Shown piece after piece: positions 1 to 9,278 of a stretch of 32,000 nucleotides of DNA; position 1 is the stretch's first letter; every line of letters starts with the position of its first letter. Below the pieces are notes generated by a model that did no database searches, was not told the origin of the DNA, and was given only the letters and a program-made list of their open reading frames with translations. The position numbers and the translations under genes were made by a program. The stretch lies in NCBI RefSeq assembly GCF_000020025.1, contig NC_010628.1, positions 4,680,001-4,712,000 of the forward strand, given 5' to 3'. Origin of the DNA: Nostoc punctiforme PCC 73102. GTDB taxonomy: Bacteria > Cyanobacteriota > Cyanobacteriia > Cyanobacteriales > Nostocaceae.

Positions 1-120
1 TCTAACTTTACAATTCTATCTGCTAATTTATCCGTTGTAAAAATTTTTGCCTATATTGCTAGTAAAATCCAAGAATGGCTAGAATCAAAGAGTTTAATCA
101 ACCTATTTGCGCTAAAGGTT

Positions 121-492
121 TTGGCTACTGTATCTTGTCCCCACTGCCATCAACTCGTTGATAGTCAAGCTATTAGTTGTCCCTATTGCCGGACTACACT
201 CAAAGCTTACGGTCATCCCGGTATTCCATTGCACCGCGCCACTGGGGATGGGTATCTGTGCAACACTTGCACCTATCACGCTGATGATACTTGCAATTTT
301 CCTCAGCGTCCCTACGCCAAAGACTGTACCCTCTACCAAAATATTGAACAGACAAAATTAGAGTTGGAACAGCAGCGTTACACGAACAGTTTTGCTGTAA
401 CTGTGAAAACTTGGGTAAAACGCAATCAGGCTTTGCTGTTGCTATTAGGTTTATTATTGGTCTGTTTGTTGTTCGTGATATTAAGGTCTTGA
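121..492 (+). CDS. Small zinc-ribbon membrane protein (hypothetical)
   Basis: 123-aa ORF. It has a CPHC...CPYC zinc-ribbon pair plus further Cys/His (CNTCTYH..C) and a C-terminal Leu-rich hydrophobic helix (ALLLLLGLLLVCLLFVIL). The start is TTG at 121. The frame stays open to the window edge but has no earlier start codon, and the upstream DNA is AT-rich. Confidence 0.5.
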   Translation: MATVSCPHCHQLVDSQAISCPYCRTTLKAYGHPGIPLHRATGDGYLCNTCTYHADDTCNFPQRPYAKDCTLYQNIEQTKLELEQQRYTNSFAVTVKTWVKRNQALLLLLGLLLVCLLFVILRS

Positions 493-504
493 TTGGTGTT
501 TACT

Positions 505-538
505 GGGGAATGGGGAATGGGGAATGGGGAATGGGGGG
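505..538. repeat. STRR-type heptamer repeat, (GGGGAAT)x4 followed by GGGGGG
   Basis: Exact 7-bp periodicity read directly. It lies in the 97-bp convergent gap between the zinc-ribbon ORF and the histidine kinase. A CCAAT-type block of opposite polarity follows at about 567-588. Confidence 0.9.
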
Positions 539-589
539 AGATAAGGGAGAAAGAATAACTATTAATCGCCAATGCCCAATCCCTAAACT

Positions 590-2536
590 TTAGACCGTGG
601 TGATTTTGGATGCTTCAGTAATAGCTTCAACTTGTATCGGTGGCGCTTTTTCCTCAAAGGCGGCTAAGTCGAACCAAAAAGTTGTGCCAATGCCAACTTC
701 ACTCACTAGATGGACTTTACTACGATGTCTGTCGATGATATTTCTGACAATCGATAATCCTAAACCTGTGCCTTCTAGGGTGTGAACTCGGTTTTCTACG
801 CGAAAGAAGCGTTCAAAAATTGAGTGCTGGTCTTCTGTAGCAATGCCAATTCCAGTATCGGAAATTTCAATCCGCACTGGAGAAGATTGGCTGTGATTGG
901 GTTTGAAATCTAGTTGGTAAGCGCGGATTGCTACTTTACCACCGGCTTTGGTAAATTTGAGGGCATTACCAATTAGATTGCCAAAAACTTGTACTAACAG
1001 ATCGTAATTACCCATTACCAGGGGTAAATTAGTATCAACTTCCTGAAGAAGTTCAACACCTTTATCTTTGGCATTGAGTTGGTAAGTACGCAATGTTTGC
1101 TCGATCGCTTGAGCTAGATCCACTCCATCGAAGTTATACTGACGGCCAGATTCGAGTTTTGATAAATCTAATACATCGTTAACTAGGCGGGTTAGGCGAT
1201 CGGTTTCATGATTAACTGTTTGCAAAAACTCTTGCCGTTCTTCTAATCCTAAGTCTTCGCCGTAGTCATGCAGGGTTTCAATATAGGTTTTGATGTTAAA
1301 TAAAGGCGTTCGCAGTTCGTGAGAAACGTTGCTGATAAATTGACTTTTTGCATCGTTTAATTCCACCTCACGGGTTATATCTTGGACGGTAATCGCAATA
1401 CCTTTGATGCTTTCTCTTTGCACGTTGAGTACTGTAGTCAAGAGAATACGGATTGTTCGAGGGGTGGGTTGGTTAATAAAAATGCGGAATTCGGCGCTTT
1501 CGCATTCACCTGCTGCCATTTCGTACAATGGGCCAGTGATTTCCATTTGTACTGCTGGCGGCAAGTGATGCAATACATTGCAACCAACCACATCAGCCGT
1601 TTCCCAGCCAAAAATCCGCCGCGCCGTGGGGTTGACTAATATCACCTGCATGTTGTTATCAATCAACACAGCACCATCTGCGATCGTGGAAACAAGGGTT
1701 TCTAGCTTGGCTTTTTCTGCGGTCAGTTCTTCAATATTCTGTTCTTCATAGCGTTCTAATCGCTCTGCCATCTCATTAAAGCTTAAAATTAACTCCCCTA
1801 GTTCGCCCCCTAAAGGTAAATCAATGCGCTGCTTGAAATTCCCGGTAGCAATTTCCTTTACCCCCACTAGCAGTTCTTTTATTGGTTTAGTGATGGTCAA
1901 AGCGTTGATTACTCCTGCCAAAATCACCATTACCCAAATTGTGATAAAAACGGCAATGGTGACATCGCGGGTAAAATTGGTGGAGATGACAGCAGTCTGA
2001 TTGGGGTTGATACCGATCGCTAATACACCTAAGTATTTCTTATTAACGATCAGAGGAATAAATACATCGGTAACAACTCCATCTGGAGTCATGTGTTGCC
2101 GCACCATCGGCTTTTCCCCATCACCAGGGTAATCTTCTGGCAATTGTATTCGCCGTTTAATGGTGAGGGAATTTTCTACCTCGGCTTCCCAAAAAGGTAT
2201 GCCAAAGAAGATTTCCCCGGTTTCATCAGCGTAAAGCATATAACGCACGCTAGAGGTGCTGCTGTAGAAGCGTTGAGAAAATTGGGCAACCTCCGTGAGA
2301 TTATTGTCAGCAACCAGGGGGGCAACATTGGCAGCAAGCAGCAAACCCAAGTCACGCCCGAAGCGGGTGTCATTCATCCGCGCGTCCTGCTGAATTGTAT
2401 TCACAGCCCAGAAGGTCAAACCACTCATCACCAAGGAAACCACCAATGTAGCCACAGCCAGCAGCTTAGTCTGGAGGGTGAACTCAGACCACCAACTTGC
2501 GATCGCATGTCGAATTGTTTTTAACAGAGTTAGCAT
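590..2536 (-). CDS. nblS: Membrane sensor histidine kinase, NblS/Hik33/DspA type (2 TM, HAMP, PAS, HisKA, HATPase_c)
   Basis: 648 aa with an ATG start. The N-terminus (WWSEFTLQTKLLAVATLVVSLVMSGLTFWAVNTIQQDARMNDTRFGRDLGLLLAANV) matches my recollection of the conserved NblS/Hik33 N-terminus. H-box SHELRTPL, N-box GNLIGNALKF, G-boxes DTGIGI and GTGLGLSIV. The HAMP-like and PAS-like regions sit between the second TM and the H-box. Confidence 0.8.
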   Translation of the reverse strand: MLTLLKTIRHAIASWWSEFTLQTKLLAVATLVVSLVMSGLTFWAVNTIQQDARMNDTRFGRDLGLLLAANVAPLVADNNLTEVAQFSQRFYSSTSSVRYMLYADETGEIFFGIPFWEAEVENSLTIKRRIQLPEDYPGDGEKPMVRQHMTPDGVVTDVFIPLIVNKKYLGVLAIGINPNQTAVISTNFTRDVTIAVFITIWVMVILAGVINALTITKPIKELLVGVKEIATGNFKQRIDLPLGGELGELILSFNEMAERLERYEEQNIEELTAEKAKLETLVSTIADGAVLIDNNMQVILVNPTARRIFGWETADVVGCNVLHHLPPAVQMEITGPLYEMAAGECESAEFRIFINQPTPRTIRILLTTVLNVQRESIKGIAITVQDITREVELNDAKSQFISNVSHELRTPLFNIKTYIETLHDYGEDLGLEERQEFLQTVNHETDRLTRLVNDVLDLSKLESGRQYNFDGVDLAQAIEQTLRTYQLNAKDKGVELLQEVDTNLPLVMGNYDLLVQVFGNLIGNALKFTKAGGKVAIRAYQLDFKPNHSQSSPVRIEISDTGIGIATEDQHSIFERFFRVENRVHTLEGTGLGLSIVRNIIDRHRSKVHLVSEVGIGTTFWFDLAAFEEKAPPIQVEAITEASKITTV

Positions 2537-2939
2537 CTTAAATAAAGTTGTTAGTAGTCTTTGTTATAAAGCCCAACAACTAAAAAATTAACAGTTAATT
2601 TGACAAATATGTTAGAGGAACGGGAATGGAGGATTATCAGAGGGTATCTCTGTTAAGGTTGTCTTAACGAATTTACCTCATTTGGGCGATCGGAGTTGAA
2701 AAAGAGGCAGGGAGCAGGGGGAGTAAAGAGAAAATTTTAGTAATTTTTTCTACCGAAATAGCCATGAATACACTTATTTCTTTTTCTTTCCCTGCCTCTT
2801 GTTGATATCCAATTGAGGATTAAGGCGTTAAACCCCATTTTTTTTATATTGGTTACGCACAGATGAGTAGTCTAACAAAAATCCTACCTGTTGAGATTTT
2901 GAGCGAGTTGCCTAACTGGGGTTATCTTTCTTTTGTATG

Positions 2940-3205
2940 AAGATGCGCTAAACCATATTTAAGTATGAGAAAGAAAAACGAACCGCAAAGGACGCAAAGG
3001 ACACAAAGAAAGAAGAAGTTAAAAGGGTTTGGTGCCAATACAGTTCAGATAAGACCAAAATATTTGTAGAGACGGCGATTTATCGCGTCTCGAAAACCCA
3101 AAATTTTTGCCAGTAGCTCTTAACTGAACCGTATTGGGTTTGGTGCAACCTCACAAAGAAACAAAGAAGAAGTTAAAAAGGTTTGGTGCAACCTCACAAA
3201 GAAAT
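2940..3205. repeat. Composite of small dispersed repeat modules
   Basis: CGCAAAGG-type tandem motif (gaaccgcaaaggacgcaaaggacacaaag, about 2979-3008). 14-bp inverted repeat ccaatacagttcag (3035-3048) / ctgaaccgtattgg (3124-3137, 1 mismatch) flanking the hairpin gagacggcgatttatcgcgtctc (3069-3091). Perfect 25-bp direct repeat ggtttggtgcaacctcacaaagaaa at 3137-3161 and 3180-3204. aagaagaagttaaaa(g)ggtttggtgc occurs at 3010-3035 and 3164-3189. Confidence 0.8.
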
Positions 3206-3219
3206 GGGGTTAGCGGCGG

Positions 3220-5445
3220 CTAGTAAACTGCTCGCACTTTTTTATAGCTGCTATCAAAAGCCTCTGTTTCTAGTCCCTGGATATAATATTGGTTAGAATC
3301 AAAGGCCCCATGCGTGGCGATCATCATGGCATGAATCAATGCCTTTGCTTTCAAGAGTGTTTCTTGAAACTCCATTTCAGGATCGGAAAGCGCCACAATG
3401 CCGCCGCCAATGCCAATTGAGGTTTGCTCTGGAGTCAGCACAGCAGTACGAATAACAATATTCAAATCAGCCGAACCATTCAATCCCAAAAAGCCGATTG
3501 CTCCTGAGTAAACTCCCCGTGCTTCTTGCTCTAATCGATCGATAATCTCAAGGGTTCTGAGTTTGGGAGCGCCTGTCATCGAACCGCCTGGAAAGGCGTT
3601 GCGAATGCAGTCTGTGGCGCTCATCTCAGCACGTAAATGACCGCGAATAGTCGTCACCAGTTGATGTACCGTAGCATAGGTTTCCACATCCATCAATTTG
3701 GGAACATGGACAGTACCGACTGCACAAACCCGTCCTAAATCATTGCGAAGCAAATCCACGATCATCAGATTTTCAGCGCGATCTTTTTCACTGTTCCGCA
3801 ATTTTTCACGCAGGATAAAATCTTCGTTGGATGTTTTTCCTCGTGGTAGGGTTCCCTTGATGGGTTTTGTTTCCACCCAGCCTTGACAATCAATGTGCAG
3901 AAATCGCTCTGGAGATGAGCAAGCGATCGCGACATCGCCAAAGCGCAAAAATGCAGAGTATGGAGCAGGATTGATGCGGCGTAATGAACGATAGAATGCC
4001 AGGGGATCGGGTGTTGTGTCTGTGTGAATCTTGTTTGTTAAACAAACTTGATAAGTTTCTCCTTCGTGAATTTCTTGCAAACACATCTGAATATTATCAA
4101 GATAAGTTTTTTCTGACCGACTTAATCGGAAAATAACAGGTGTCTGAACTTCTGATGGAACAATAGGCGATAGGGGAAGAAGATGGTCAATTTGGTGTTT
4201 TATCCATTCAAACCAGGCTTCTGCTAAGTCGTATTGTCCTTGCTGAATTAGGCAAAGCAGATAGAGGGTTTGCTCCTGGTGATCGATTGCAATCATGCGA
4301 TCGGCCAACAGAAACATAGCATCAGGTAAGCTAGAGGCGTGATTTAATTTAGATCCGCACTCTGCCTTTAATTCATAGCCAAAGTAACCCACAAACCCAC
4401 AGTTGAAATCGAAGGGTAAATCATCTGATGGGCAATGTCGTCGTTCAATTTCATCCTGGAGATATTCAAAAATCCCCTTTGTCTTACAGCTTATGGTATC
4501 AGACTGCGTAATGGTGAGTTCCTGCGATCGCGTTCGCGGAGCGTCTGCTTCAGCAGAAGCGCTGCCGCCTACGGCAGATCGCGTCTGATAGCGAATTAGC
4601 AGACTGTTTTCGCCACTGCTATCTCCCATAAAGGAAAAGCGAGAAAGACCAGATTCAACCAGACTGCTATCTAGCCAGAAGGTATTTGGTGATTTGCCAA
4701 ACAAATGCACAAACATTTGCTCGGTATCGCGATACAGATTCAACTTCTGCGTACAAAGTTGAAATTCCTGTTGCTGTTTTTGGGAAGAAGAACTTGCAGG
4801 TATGGAAGCAGCATCGCTATCTCCTACCCAATAGTGTTTTCTCGGACTATTGCCTCGCTCTTGGGCAAATTTTAGGGTAATCTCTCTAAAATTCTCAAAT
4901 AAGGTTTGTCCATATTGAGTACAGATTGACTCTGGATGAAACTGCACACCCCATAGCGGCAAAGATCGATGGCGCATTCCCATTACCAGATTGTCGTCTG
5001 TCCACGCTACTTTTTCTAAACAGTCTGGTAGATCATTTGCAACCAGCAAAGAATGGTAGCGCACAACAGAGAAAGGAGAAGGAATTCCCGCAAACAAATC
5101 AGTACCGCTGTGATAAACTTCACTGAGCCGACCATGCTGAACTTCAGGTGCATGAATAACTTTTCCTCCATACTCATTACCAAGTCCTTGATGTCCAAGA
5201 CAAACACCTAAAAGTGGCACTTGGGTATTTTGAATAGCTTGACGACAGATCCCAAAATCTTTTAGATTTTCAGGACGACCTGGCCCTGGTGAAATCACAA
5301 TGTTGTCAAATTCCCAATGTTGCAGTTCATCCCATGCAAATTGATCATTGTAAATCACAGTGGGATACTCTGCATTGACTTCTGCAATTAATTGGTAAAG
5401 ATTAAAAGTATAAGAGTCATAATTATCAATAATTAGGGTTTTCAT
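3220..5445 (-). CDS. pabB: Aminodeoxychorismate synthase, fused glutamine amidotransferase (PabA) and chorismate-binding (PabB) domains
   Basis: 741 aa. The N-terminal class-I GATase has GVCLGHQ (catalytic Cys) and FHPES. The C-terminal chorismate-utilising domain has PIKGT (Lys as in PabB; TrpE has PIAGT), GGSMTGAPK, YSGAIGF and GGGIV. The GATase-first order is typical of PabAB fusions. A low-complexity linker (SSSSQKQQQ) joins the domains. Confidence 0.8.
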   Translation of the reverse strand: MKTLIIDNYDSYTFNLYQLIAEVNAEYPTVIYNDQFAWDELQHWEFDNIVISPGPGRPENLKDFGICRQAIQNTQVPLLGVCLGHQGLGNEYGGKVIHAPEVQHGRLSEVYHSGTDLFAGIPSPFSVVRYHSLLVANDLPDCLEKVAWTDDNLVMGMRHRSLPLWGVQFHPESICTQYGQTLFENFREITLKFAQERGNSPRKHYWVGDSDAASIPASSSSQKQQQEFQLCTQKLNLYRDTEQMFVHLFGKSPNTFWLDSSLVESGLSRFSFMGDSSGENSLLIRYQTRSAVGGSASAEADAPRTRSQELTITQSDTISCKTKGIFEYLQDEIERRHCPSDDLPFDFNCGFVGYFGYELKAECGSKLNHASSLPDAMFLLADRMIAIDHQEQTLYLLCLIQQGQYDLAEAWFEWIKHQIDHLLPLSPIVPSEVQTPVIFRLSRSEKTYLDNIQMCLQEIHEGETYQVCLTNKIHTDTTPDPLAFYRSLRRINPAPYSAFLRFGDVAIACSSPERFLHIDCQGWVETKPIKGTLPRGKTSNEDFILREKLRNSEKDRAENLMIVDLLRNDLGRVCAVGTVHVPKLMDVETYATVHQLVTTIRGHLRAEMSATDCIRNAFPGGSMTGAPKLRTLEIIDRLEQEARGVYSGAIGFLGLNGSADLNIVIRTAVLTPEQTSIGIGGGIVALSDPEMEFQETLLKAKALIHAMMIATHGAFDSNQYYIQGLETEAFDSSYKKVRAVY

Positions 5446-5862
5446 CTTGTCAGTCTCAATGTTGTTATGCTTGTTGGTCTATACAATGGCATAAAGACAA
5501 GTACAAGCAGCTTTATTTCAGTCTAAATCAACGGTTAAAAATTCAGTTGATTTACCTAACTGAGCAACCTGATTTCCGCTGGATATCTCAATGCTTCTAG
5601 TCAATTTATTTAACGTTATTTTATATCCAAATACAGATTTTAATTTCAATTAAATAGAGATTTTGTATTGAGGTTTTGCCGAAATATTATTTACGTTACT
5701 ATAACTATTTCACCTAAATATTTTCTATATTTCTTATACGATTAATTAATTGACTTTTCATTCATTGGCTAATCAATTTAATTGTTCTGCTATTTTATTC
5801 CATTACAATTGTAGACAATTTTAGGATTGTAAAGTGATGCTCTCTCTAACCTACGTAAGATT

Positions 5863-5911
5863 AAAACCCCTAGTCAATAGCTGAATTACACAGCGATTAA
5901 CTAGGGGTTTT
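5863..5911 (-). terminator. Candidate intrinsic terminator downstream of cysA
   Basis: 11-bp perfect inverted repeat aaaacccctag (5863-5873) / ctaggggtttt (5901-5911), 24 nt past the cysA stop. On the minus-strand RNA the 3' arm ends in GGGGUUUU. The loop is long (27 nt) and the tail beyond the stem is not U-rich. Confidence 0.45.
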
Positions 5912-5935
5912 GGCCATTGGAAAACTGGCAAAAGT

Positions 5936-6952
5936 CTAAATTGAATAAGACACTGGGAAGGATTTTGCATCCTTTGGCTTGACATATATACGCTGTTTCG
6001 GTTCTAACTCTAAGTCATTAAAGCGATCGCGTGTTAAATGCGCCATCACCACTTGCCCGTCATCGAAAGTTAATTCTACCTGAATTTCCCAACCCAAATG
6101 TATCAATCGGCTCACTGTTGCAGGTGTAGTGGCACCATTAGCAGCCTTTTCTAAAATCACATCTTGCGGGCGCAAAAATACTTGTGGATGTGGCGCATCA
6201 AACCCGCTACTTTGAAAAATCTTCGAGTTGCTGGGTAATACATTTACCGGACCGATGAAGCTCATCACAAATGCGGTGGCAGGATTATCATAAATTTCCG
6301 ATGGTGTCCCCACCTGTTCCACGCGCCCTTTATTCATGACCACAACTTCATCGGAAACTTCCATTGCTTCCTCTTGGTCGTGGGTGACGAAAACCGTGGT
6401 AACATGAACCTCATCATGGAGGCGGCGTAACCATGCCCGTAAATCTTTGCGGACTTTAGCATCAAGTGCGCCAAAGGGTTCATCTAGGAGTAATACTTCA
6501 GGTTCTACTGCTAATGCCCTTGCTAAGGCTACCCGTTGTCTTTGACCACCAGAAAGTTGTGATGGATAGCGATCGCCTAATCCACTCAATTGCACCAATT
6601 CTAGTAACTGTTCTACCTTTCCCTTAATCTTCTTTGGCTGTGCCTTCCGAATTTCTAAGCCAAAAGCAATATTCTGCCTGACAGTCAAATGCTTAAATAG
6701 GGCATAGTGCTGAAATACAAAGCCAATATTGCGCTGCTGCACGCTTTGGTATGTAGCATCCTTACCGGTAAGCAGGATTTTGCCGCTATCTGGCATTTCT
6801 AAACCTGAAATTAACCGTAGTAGCGTAGATTTACCCGACCCCGACGGCCCAAGCAACGCAACTAGCGAACCACTCTTAATTTCCAGGCTAACCTCATCAA
6901 CAGCCTTGAAACTCCCGAATTGTTTGGAGACATTCTCAACTACTATGCCCAC
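5936..6952 (-). CDS. cysA: Sulfate/thiosulfate ABC transporter ATP-binding protein
   Basis: 338 aa with a GTG start. Walker [11 protein letters not shown]-loop, signature [15 protein letters not shown], Walker B LLLDEPF, H-loop THDQ. The C-terminal regulatory (TOBE-like) domain and overall pattern are typical of CysA. Confidence 0.8.
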   Translation of the reverse strand: MGIVVENVSKQFGSFKAVDEVSLEIKSGSLVALLGPSGSGKSTLLRLISGLEMPDSGKILLTGKDATYQSVQQRNIGFVFQHYALFKHLTVRQNIAFGLEIRKAQPKKIKGKVEQLLELVQLSGLGDRYPSQLSGGQRQRVALARALAVEPEVLLLDEPFGALDAKVRKDLRAWLRRLHDEVHVTTVFVTHDQEEAMEVSDEVVVMNKGRVEQVGTPSEIYDNPATAFVMSFIGPVNVLPSNSKIFQSSGFDAPHPQVFLRPQDVILEKAANGATTPATVSRLIHLGWEIQVELTFDDGQVVMAHLTRDRFNDLELEPKQRIYVKPKDAKSFPVSYSI

Positions 6953-7046
6953 TGCTGCTATACCTCTGCAACTAAATCTACAGATCCTTGGTAGGATTAC
7001 TGTGTCTTACATATACCATACATAATTATTTATAGATGAACAAGAT

Positions 7047-7586
7047 TTAGCTACCGCAACTGCCACAGTCGAGAAAGCTACAATCAGCACCACTGCAATC
7101 TAGGAAACTACAATCCGGGACACCACAATCCAGGGCACCACAATCAGGAGCCATATTAAGTATCTCGGCACAATTACAGCCCAAATCGGCACAATCAAAA
7201 CATTCAGTATTATTGCCGTTAATAAATGAGGATGTTTGACCAGCTTTAGCAGATGCTTGTTTTCGTTGCTGTTTTTCTGCTTCCTCCTCTGTAGATTCTT
7301 CGGAATTTTCGATTGACATAGATACGTAGCGACAAGTTGCTGCGCGTCTACGCAAAATTTGGTTAGCTTCCTTGCAAGCTTGAAATCGTTCACGGCTATT
7401 GACAAATGCTACTTTTAACCCTTCCTTAGCAATTACCCGCTTGATGTATTGAGAGCAAGATTCGCCGCCATATAGTATTCTGTGGGCACAAGCAAAACCT
7501 TTGTGTGGGGAAATGTGCTTTTGATATCCGGTAATTGCGGCAGCACTAACTTGTCTAGCAAAAGAATCGAACAAGGAAATCTGCAT
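7047..7586 (-). CDS. YidD-like (DUF37-type) domain protein with acidic linker and Cys-rich DC[GS]xx repeat tail
   Basis: The N-terminal segment ITGYQKHISPHKGFACAHRILYGGESCSQYIKRVIAKEG fits the YidD pattern YQ..ISP....C.......SCS.Y. The tail is ECFDCADLGCNCAEILNMAPDCGALDCGVPDCSFLDCSGADCSFLDCGSCGS. I prefer the ATG at 7586 (MQISLF...) over the track's TTG at 7610, which lies next to the STRR repeat. Confidence 0.6.
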   Translation of the reverse strand: MQISLFDSFARQVSAAAITGYQKHISPHKGFACAHRILYGGESCSQYIKRVIAKEGLKVAFVNSRERFQACKEANQILRRRAATCRYVSMSIENSEESTEEEAEKQQRKQASAKAGQTSSFINGNNTECFDCADLGCNCAEILNMAPDCGALDCGVPDCSFLDCSGADCSFLDCGSCGS

Positions 7587-7624
7587 ATTTTGGGATTGGG
7601 GACTAGGCAATATTCTTCATTCTT

Positions 7625-7670
7625 CCCAATTCCCAATTCCCAATTCTCAATCCCCAATCCCCAATCCCCA
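7625..7670. repeat. STRR-type heptamer block (CCCAATT)x3-CTCAAT-(CCCCAAT)x2-CCCCA
   Basis: Read directly. It lies in the divergent region between the YidD-like gene and chlP, and is nearly identical to the block at 19252-19291. Confidence 0.9.
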
Positions 7671-7777
7671 CTTCGTATCGAAACATTAAGGAATATTGCA
7701 TTTCAGCAGAAACCTGACGGTAAACCGCCAAATCACTAGAAATACCGTGGTAGTATGCTCTCGGTAAATGTGAAGAT

Positions 7778-9013
7778 TTGGGAGAAAGACCTTTGACACT
7801 ACGGGTTGCTGTTATTGGGTCAGGCCCTGCTGGTTCATCTGCCGCAGAAACACTGGCAGCCTCTGGGATTGAAACCTACCTATTTGAGCGGAAGCTGGAT
7901 AATGCAAAGCCTTGTGGGGGCGCAATTCCCCTATGTATGGTGAGTGAATTTGACTTACCACCAGAGATTATCGATCGCCGGGTACGGAAGATGAAAATGA
8001 TTTCGCCTTCCAATCGGGAGGTTGATATCAATCTGATAAATGAAGATGAATATATAGGAATGTGCCGCCGGGAAGTGCTGGATGGCTTTTTGCGCGATCG
8101 CGCGGCAAAATTAGGCGCAAATTTAATTAATGCCACTGTTCATAAACTTGATATACCAGGAAACAATACCGATCCCTATACCATCCATTACGTTGACCAT
8201 ACAGAAGGTATATCACAGGGGATTGCCAAAACCCTGAAGGTGGATTTAATCATTGGGGCGGATGGGGCTAATTCTCGCGTTGCCAAAGAAATGGACGCTG
8301 GGGATTACAATTATGCGATCGCTTTCCAAGAGCGAATTCGCTTACCCGAAGACAAAATGGCCTACTATAACGACCTCGCCGAAATGTATGTCGGTGATGA
8401 CGTTTCGACCGATTTCTACGCTTGGGTTTTCCCCAAATATGACCACGTAGCTGTCGGTACTGGCACAATGCACATCAATAAAGCCAGCATCAAACAGTTA
8501 CAAGCTGGTATCCGCGCCCGTGCTTCCGAAAAATTGGCAGGCGGTAAAATCATCAAAGTAGAAGCGCACCCCATTCCTGAACATCCCCGTCCCCGTCGTG
8601 TCGTTGGTCGCATCGCTTTGGTGGGAGATGCTGCTGGTTACGTTACCAAGTCCTCTGGTGAAGGTATTTATTTTGCCGCTAAATCTGGGCGGATGTGTGC
8701 CGAAACCATTGTAGAAGCATCTAACAGTGGTAGCCGTATTCCTACAGAAGGCGACCTCAAGATTTACCTGAAGCGTTGGGATAAAAGATACGGACTCACC
8801 TACAAGGTGTTGGACATTCTGCAAAGTGTGTTCTATCGTTCCGACGCTACCCGCGAAGCGTTTGTGGAAATGTGTGATGACCTCGATGTACAACGGCTAA
8901 CATTCGATAGCTATCTGTATAAAACGGTTGTCCCAGCTAATCCCATCACCCAATTGAAGATTACTGCCAAAACCATTGGTAGTCTAATTCGGGGTAATGC
9001 CCTTGCACCTTAA
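7778..9013 (+). CDS. chlP: Geranylgeranyl diphosphate/geranylgeranyl-chlorophyll reductase
   Basis: The FAD-binding N-terminus VAVIGSGPAGSSAAE and the block GIETYLFERKLDNAKPCGGAIPLCMV.EFDLPPEIIDRRVRKMKMISPSN match my recollection of cyanobacterial ChlP almost residue for residue. The start is uncertain: TTG at 7778 or TTG at 7793 (LTLRVAV...). Confidence 0.85.
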   Translation: MGERPLTLRVAVIGSGPAGSSAAETLAASGIETYLFERKLDNAKPCGGAIPLCMVSEFDLPPEIIDRRVRKMKMISPSNREVDINLINEDEYIGMCRREVLDGFLRDRAAKLGANLINATVHKLDIPGNNTDPYTIHYVDHTEGISQGIAKTLKVDLIIGADGANSRVAKEMDAGDYNYAIAFQERIRLPEDKMAYYNDLAEMYVGDDVSTDFYAWVFPKYDHVAVGTGTMHINKASIKQLQAGIRARASEKLAGGKIIKVEAHPIPEHPRPRRVVGRIALVGDAAGYVTKSSGEGIYFAAKSGRMCAETIVEASNSGSRIPTEGDLKIYLKRWDKRYGLTYKVLDILQSVFYRSDATREAFVEMCDDLDVQRLTFDSYLYKTVVPANPITQLKITAKTIGSLIRGNALAP

Positions 9014-9060
9014 TTGAGGGCAAAGGACTGGGAATTTCAACAAATAAATTACTCAATTTT

Positions 9061-9116
9061 GTGGGGTGGATATCTTGCACGCTGATTAATCAGGGCGGGC
9101 AAGATGCTCACCCCAC
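9061..9116. repeat. Hairpin repeat (gtggggtg..atcttgc / gcaagat..caccccac)
   Basis: Two-part inverted repeat. The outer arms are 8 bp (9061-9068 / 9109-9116) and the inner arms 7 bp (9072-9078 / 9099-9105). It resembles a dispersed Nostoc repeat family. Confidence 0.7.
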
Positions 9117-9136
9117 AATATATATTTTTATCCATG

Positions 9137-9168
9137 TCGTAGGGGCAATTCATGAATTGCCCCTACGA
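9137..9168. repeat. 32-nt perfect palindrome tcgtaggggcaattca|tgaattgcccctacga
   Basis: The reverse complement of the first 16 nt equals the second 16 nt exactly. Confidence 0.9.
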
Positions 9169-9230
9169 CATAATTTCTCAGATAGGTCTTTCAATGTGAC
9201 TCATAAAATCTCTTATTTTTTCTCAGCGAT

Positions 9231-9278
9231 CTCTGTGCCTCTGCGGTTTAAAAGTTTTTTAACCACAGAGGCGCAGAG
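9231..9278. repeat. Hairpin repeat of the CAGAGGCGCAGAG family (short copy)
   Basis: Arms are ctctgtgcctctgcggtt (9231-9248) and aaccacagaggcgcagag (9261-9278), 18 bp with 2 transition mismatches. A longer copy of the same family is at 28030-28134. Confidence 0.8.

Noticed and set aside
411-593. ORFs translating heptamer repeats as MGNGEWGMG or MGIGNWELGIG peptides (also 7433-7657, 19023-19277, 19054-19284)
   Set aside because: They are artefacts of STRR repeats with a 7-bp period, which stay open in several frames. They overlap better-supported genes or intergenic repeat blocks.
2093-2524. Antisense or overlapping ORFs inside large genes (also 1382-1639, 6729-7025, 8498-8893, 11083-11439, 11551-11985, 14253-14690, 20225-20524, 24302-24766, 25762-26061, 26302-26721, 31019-31375)
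   Set aside because: They are shadow ORFs opposite or out of frame with genes that have clear family motifs. Their composition is skewed (Arg/Ser/Cys-rich) and they have no recognisable domains.
7047-7230. Cys-rich tail as a RiPP or SCIFF-type precursor
   Set aside because: It is the C-terminus of a protein of about 180 aa with a folded YidD-like domain. No radical-SAM, cyclodehydratase, lanthipeptide or protease/transporter maturation genes are adjacent; the neighbours are cysA and chlP.
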